From Amoebidium appalachense (Eukaryota > Protista > Ichthyosporea), in assembly GCA_963693365.1 (NCBI GenBank), contig CAVNZM010000002.1:5472259-5536258 (forward strand): a stretch of DNA of 64,000 nt, read 5' to 3'. The translations under genes and the position numbers were made by a program. The notes beneath the pieces were generated by a model, which was given only the letters and a program-made list of their open reading frames with translations, searched no databases and had not been told where the DNA came from. Every line of letters begins with the position of its first letter. Within the stretch, counting starts at the first letter, position 1. Below are positions 39,380-64,000 of the stretch, in pieces.

Positions 39380-40819
39380 TCCCCCCCACCCCACCCTTTT
39401 CCGCCTTCGCCCCCACAGATTCATGTGCACACACTGTAGTAATTTAACATATGTATACCCCCCTCCCCCCCCCGGGGCCCCATCTCCCCACCAACAGAAA
39501 AGGTCCATTGTAACCGGAGCCATGATATACCCACGTTCACTGTCAACCACGAGTGCACAAAAGTTATCTTCGAGAACCCCCCCCACCCCCAACCCAACTG
39601 CACGCACATGTACTATATGTAGCTAGTGTACCCCCCCCCCCCCACCCGTGCCAACCCAACCACCTGTGGACACTGCACCCTAATTTTTTTTGAGAAAAAT
39701 GACTAAGAATTGGATATGGGGGGTAATCATATGGGGGCAAGCTCGTGTTCCGGCAAAGCGGGCTGTGCATCATGGTGCAAAAGCATATCCGATCTGCAAG
39801 AAGAAACAAAGGGAAAAAGCGAACATCCTCCAGTTCTGAATTTTTACGTTACTGAGGGTTAGGGACCCTCAATTCCTGTTTTGCTTTTGCCCAGACAGGT
39901 CAGTCGTGCGGAGACAGCAAGACGCAAAAAGTGGGTTTTCGTTGATGATATTTTTAATGACGGCACCCTCAACCAGCATCGTGTAGGGTTTGCCCACGCC
40001 GACCAGCATCGTGTAGGGTTTGCCCACGCCGACCATCATTACACAGCAAAATCAAACGCGTCACTTTTAAACATACATTTAATAGTATCAACATCCCTAT
40101 GGAGGGGAGGGTAGTCAACAATATAGCCTATATTATATACACGGTAGGAGTGAGACTGGTGTTTAACGGTTAAAGTATACAACTCTTCGGTTTTACGGCA
40201 TAACACCAAGACATGAAGCTGAATCATGTTATTGTAATATGCGATGTGGTGTGACTAAGGTTCTACATGCACAGGGCTGTGAATGTCAGTGTGAGTGTTT
40301 CCCCCAAGATATATGCCTTTGTTAAGTTTGAGTGTATGTGTGCCTGTATATGCCTGTCAGTGGTTTTGCGTGTGTGCTTGTGGTTGCGTGTGCATGCATG
40401 AGTGACTGTGTTGTGTGCCATTGTACGTGTGTGCCGGCTCTGTGTTTGTTTTGTGCCAGTGTGAATGTGATTAGTGCTGTGTGAATGTGGATCTTGCTCG
40501 CCAACTCAACGGTGTAGCCACAGCTCGGCTCTATCCCGTTTTCCTTGTTTTCCCTTCAAAACGGGGAAACACTTAAGACATAGCTTTGTGAAGAGTAATA
40601 CCCCCTCCCCCCCCCCCCCTCCCCCTCCCCCTCCTCTTCCCGCCTGTCGGTGTAAATACTCCCATACCTCTTGAGCATATCGCCAACCTACATACATCTA
40701 AATGCACATTCACAAGAAACGTCCAGGGAAGAAAAAATTGAACCCCGATACCACCACTCTCACGCCAGACGGGTTCAAAGCGAATTTTTGCTGCACTGCA
40801 CAAAACATGGGCAACACGG

Positions 40820-41539
40820 CTAACTCACGATGTAAACGGCCTGCAGTTGGGCAAATAGGTCTGCCTTTTCACTCTCGAGCCTCAAAAAGTCGCTCATCAT
40901 CTTCTCCGCATTTCTCTTCTCCGTGTCGTGTAACCTTTCCCTCTCCGCCACCTCCACCTCCAGCTGCCTTTTCCTCGTTTCTAGCTCAACAAGGGACTCC
41001 CTCAACTCCTCGTTTGCCATTTCTGCCTCGCACCTTTCCTCGTTCACTTGCTCGAGTCTTCTCTCCATTATTCTTATTCTCTCCTTCCTCTCCGCTAGCA
41101 TCTTCTGCATGGTTTCTCGGTCTTGTTTTGCCCTGTTTACAGCCTCCTCTATCGTTTCCTTCTGCCTAGACAATAGCAGGCGTTGTTGGTCTTGAGAAAG
41201 CCGCCTCTTGTTTCGAAGCATGTTCTTTTCTCGTTCATAAACCACCTCCAAACGTTCCTGGTTCCAAAAATCTTCGCCGATTTCCTGAGCCAGCGTCAAA
41301 TGTTCAATAATCGGCCGTTCTGGCTTTACCTTTCGTGCGCCACTAACACGTATAAAGCCCCTCCCAACCTTGGTCAAAACCTTCATAACTGTGGAGGGGG
41401 AATGAACTTCCGACTCGATGCTTCCACCGTCATCTTTTCTCGCCGTCTGATAGGAGGCCTGCGCATCCACACCCGGGTTGTATGGGGAGGAAAGACAAGG
41501 GGCGGAGGCGGAGTGTGGTCGTCTCACCAGAGTCCCCAT
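40820..41539 (-). CDS. Coiled-coil protein of unknown family
   Basis: 239-aa repeat-free ORF with an E/K/R/Q-rich heptad-like C-terminal half. A strong donor (atc|gtgagt at 40828) just before the stop means it could splice to further exons. Confidence 0.7.
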   Translation of the reverse strand: MGTLVRRPHSASAPCLSSPYNPGVDAQASYQTARKDDGGSIESEVHSPSTVMKVLTKVGRGFIRVSGARKVKPERPIIEHLTLAQEIGEDFWNQERLEVVYEREKNMLRNKRRLSQDQQRLLLSRQKETIEEAVNRAKQDRETMQKMLAERKERIRIMERRLEQVNEERCEAEMANEELRESLVELETRKRQLEVEVAERERLHDTEKRNAEKMMSDFLRLESEKADLFAQLQAVYIVS

Positions 41540-41916
41540 GTTGGTGTTTGGACGAAAGAGGGAGGAACATGTAAATTCGATGAGAAACCAAGATAAAAGT
41601 GCATCAGGATGGTCGATTCACAGAAATCAAATGGAAGGTGCAAGACGGTATAGACAAGACGCACACGTAAAAAGAAAGGACCATATCAACGAGCTAAAAA
41701 TTGTGTGAATGTGGTTGCTATTTCGTGTGTTGGCCAGCTGTGTAGGCCAGATATTAGGCTGGTTATTTCCAGTTCAGATAAGCTATAGCTCTCTCGCCTA
41801 TTTTTGTACCAGTTGTAGTGGTGAGGACAATACATGACCATGTAAGCAACATAGATATTTTGCTATGTTTTCGCAATAGTAACCGCCCACATGCGCTCTA
41901 TTTCACTAACTTTGGT

Positions 41917-42025
41917 GTGTCGGAAACGAGAACCAGAAAAGAAAATTTAAAAAAGTCACGAGGGGCAGAAAGTGTCGGAAACGAGAACCAGAAAAGAAAA
42001 TTTAAAAAAGTCACGAGGGGCAGAA
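41917..42025. repeat. 55-bp direct tandem duplication in the divergent intergenic region
   Basis: gtgtcggaaacgagaaccagaaaagaaaatttaaaaaagtcacgaggggcagaa at 41917 and 41972. Confidence 0.85.
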
Positions 42026-42224
42026 TACAAGATAGAAAATAGACAGAAAGCGACGGACGTCGTGTGACGCCAGACGGTCTTGTTACTCAACGAATCATTG
42101 TTTAGCATTTGGCCCAGCCCAGGGACCAAATGTTATCCAGTATTTCGTCATGCTATCCAGCACTAAAATATTCACAGCGCTCGATTATATCTTTTCATGC
42201 GACACGCTCTATACTTGTAACTAA

Positions 42225-42400
42225 ATTGATATATATAGGCACCAACAGAATCCAGTTTTAGCAGAGAATATGTTAAAAACTCTGTTTTTGTATAATATGG
42301 AGCAATTATAGTATATATTTTTCAAATTAACGTCTTCAACATGACGAAAAATTGATATACAAAGGAAGGATATCTCTAAAATGTTACTTGGGAAAATTGT
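42225..42400 (+). pseudogene. Possible decayed piggyBac-like transposase fragment
   Basis: From 42343 the frame reads DEKLIYKGRISLKCYL, resembling the piggyBac DE(S)MIPFKGRxSLKQY motif. It is flanked by stops in an AT-rich, microsatellite-free island. Confidence 0.3.
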
Positions 42401-44452
42401 TCAGGAGATGACGGCCATCTTACTGGCCACATTAAATCCAATCAGCTGCAACTGGTTTTGGTGGACCAATGATGATGAAGGTCAAACCGCTTCCTAAACT
42501 ACCAACCCCTCTATCTTCCTTCTAGAACAATATGATGTTGTGTCCTAAGTAGCTTAGAGGCGTTAAATAAAAGTAGAAGTTAAATAACAATATAATAATT
42601 CATAAAATCATTGAAGTTTATTGTAGGAATATTGGAGTGCTTTGTTTTACTGTTTAACTTAAGCTGCCTCGTTTTGTCAGGTCTCACGTTCTTCGAAATT
42701 CACCAAAAATACAAAGACCCCATGATTTGGCCAGGTTGTGACCAATCATTTCACAGTATAACACCAGCAGGCAAAGCATTTTCGATTATGTATTATTAGC
42801 ACTATCCATCGCCAAGAAAATAACTGATGGGTCGATAATAAAATTCTTAAATAATTGAAAAAATTGAGAGAAGACAATCTTCCAAAACAATGTAGTTTTC
42901 CCCTTAGAATGCATAAGACTTTCTATTATCTGCGTCTTCCCGCTAGATCCTGCTCTAATCTCGAACCGGGTCGGTTGAGATTTTCAAGTCACCAAATTTC
43001 GGGCTCAAAACTGACCCGGAAAGGCTCTGCGTAGAGTCTATAAATAAAAGAGCTTTATAGGTCCAAGTCTAACTATAGAAATCTAAAAATAGATTTTTTC
43101 CAGAGGGCCACCAACTCAACTACGGCCCGCGTCAAAACCAAAACGTTTTCTGCTTTTTCTTTCGCTACCAGCCTGTGTTTACTCAACGGAAGTCTAGCCC
43201 TGTCGGTCGCTTCCAAAGGTATGTTTTCTTTTTTGGGCAGAGAAGGAAAAAAGGAGTTCTTTTTTGAGAAGAGCGTGCTTATACAATGGTGTAAACATGT
43301 ATGCCTTTACAATTTTTGTGGCGATAGTGGTTGATGGGATGCACATGTGTACAGCGTCCTTAAAAAGATGGGGAATAAGGGTGTTAGCAGCCAGCAGCCT
43401 CACTTGCGTTACGCTCCGCTGGTGTGAAGAAAATAGGCAATAGCAGAAAATTATGAGACTGTTTTTTGTGTGCATGTTCGTCGAGGGCTTGGCATATACA
43501 CCAGCAAAGGGCTGTAAAGAGTCCAGCATTGTCATTGCTTTCTTTGTTGTCGTTACGTGCGAGCCGTTGTCTTGCCCTGATGCTCCTAGGCAATCTTTGC
43601 CACATACAGAAGCAGTCATATGCTCTTTGAGTTGCTGCAAGCACGCATTGGCACTCAAGTGTGTTGGTCCACTGTTGAATCACTCCCTCCCTCCTTCCCT
43701 CCCTCCCTCCCCTCTCTCTCACGCCTCCCCCCTGCCCCCCTCCCCCCGCCCCCTCCCCCCTCCCCCCACCTCTCGCTCTTTCCCCCTTCCCCCCCCTCCC
43801 CCCCCCCCTTCTTTTAAACTATGCTTTTGTTTGCTTTGCTCTACAGAGCAAGAGTGAGTGTTGTGTACGCTTATCACAGACCTTGCTCTCTTCTGTTTCA
43901 TGGAACTCTGTCCTTGTTTGTTCTCTTTGAGGCGTGGACGTGTTTCTGCACAAAGGGACATCTTCTTTTGCCCTAAAGATAAAATGCTCGCTCGTACTCG
44001 GTGTCGTATGCTCGTTTCCTTTAACTCAGTGTTTCTATTGGTTATGTCGTCTGCGTTAGGTGCGTCACACATCTGCCAAACACGAAACAATAGTGCGATC
44101 AGATAGTTTCTTGGCATTTGTGAAGCGCTATGTTGAGGGAGACGAGGTAACGAGGTGGATCCTTAAGCAACAACGAGCCTTTTTTTATTTTTTTTTATTT
44201 TTTGAGGTTGACTTGATAGAGCGGATGGTGGGTGTGTTGTTTGGTATGGGCACAGGGTGCACTTGGGAGGAATGGGAAGGGGCAGAGGGGGAGGGGGAGA
44301 GGGGGTACGTGTGATTTGGTTTTTCACGACTGTGGTTCTTTTGCACCAGACACGAACCTTGTGGCAGGAGCATTATGGTGTTGGTGTGAAATTCATGTTT
44401 CTCTGTCTGTTGCAGAAGGGACGGACTGGTGGGCCTGCGAGGGCCACCAGCC

Positions 44453-63712
<19,260 letters not shown>

Positions 63713-64000
63713 GTACAACATATACCCCCCCCCCCCCCCCCCCCCCTCCCTCCCTCTTGGTCTTTGCGTTTCTTGCGATGCTTTCGTTTTTTGATGTGAT
63801 TTTGTAACTTCACTCCTTGTCTGATATCTCTCCGGTTTGTCATATGTAGAGAGTAGGGGTATAGGTGAAGAAATGGGACAAAAAATGGACAGAAATAAGG
63901 ATGGGATAGGTACATGTCAATAAATAAAGCGTGAGATGAGTGCTGCCTTTGTGTGCTAGCAGTGGTGAAGTCTTCCTTTGTTATCCCTGTCTCAAAGTCT

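Overview
Intron-rich eukaryotic genomic DNA. The protein similarities suggest an opisthokont, possibly a unicellular holozoan, but the taxon cannot be fixed from this window. Introns are saturated with (CA/GT)n, (C/G)n and (CT/GA)n tracts, so almost all ORF-track entries are microsatellite artefacts. Manual splicing gives five genes: gamma-tubulin complex protein 4 (minus, ~19-20 exons), an intronless RING-CH protein (plus), an LRR-SAM-FYVE protein with an in-frame TAA (minus), a coiled-coil ORF (minus) and the 5' part of CNOT1 (plus, 23 exons, runs off the window). The main non-genic signal is a Naiad/Chlamys-type Penelope-like retroelement system. One 5'-truncated RT-bearing copy and a ladder of shorter copies from at least two related families share a 3' end, abut (C)n tracts in introns, are always co-oriented with the host gene, and carry a covarying structured RNA module. 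Also present are a near full-length U6 snRNA retrocopy with an 11-bp target duplication inside an intronic minisatellite, many splice sites built directly from (GT)n and (CA)nG microsatellites, exon-fragment duplicates in (CA)n, and several foldback or hairpin elements. All alignments and folds were done by eye.
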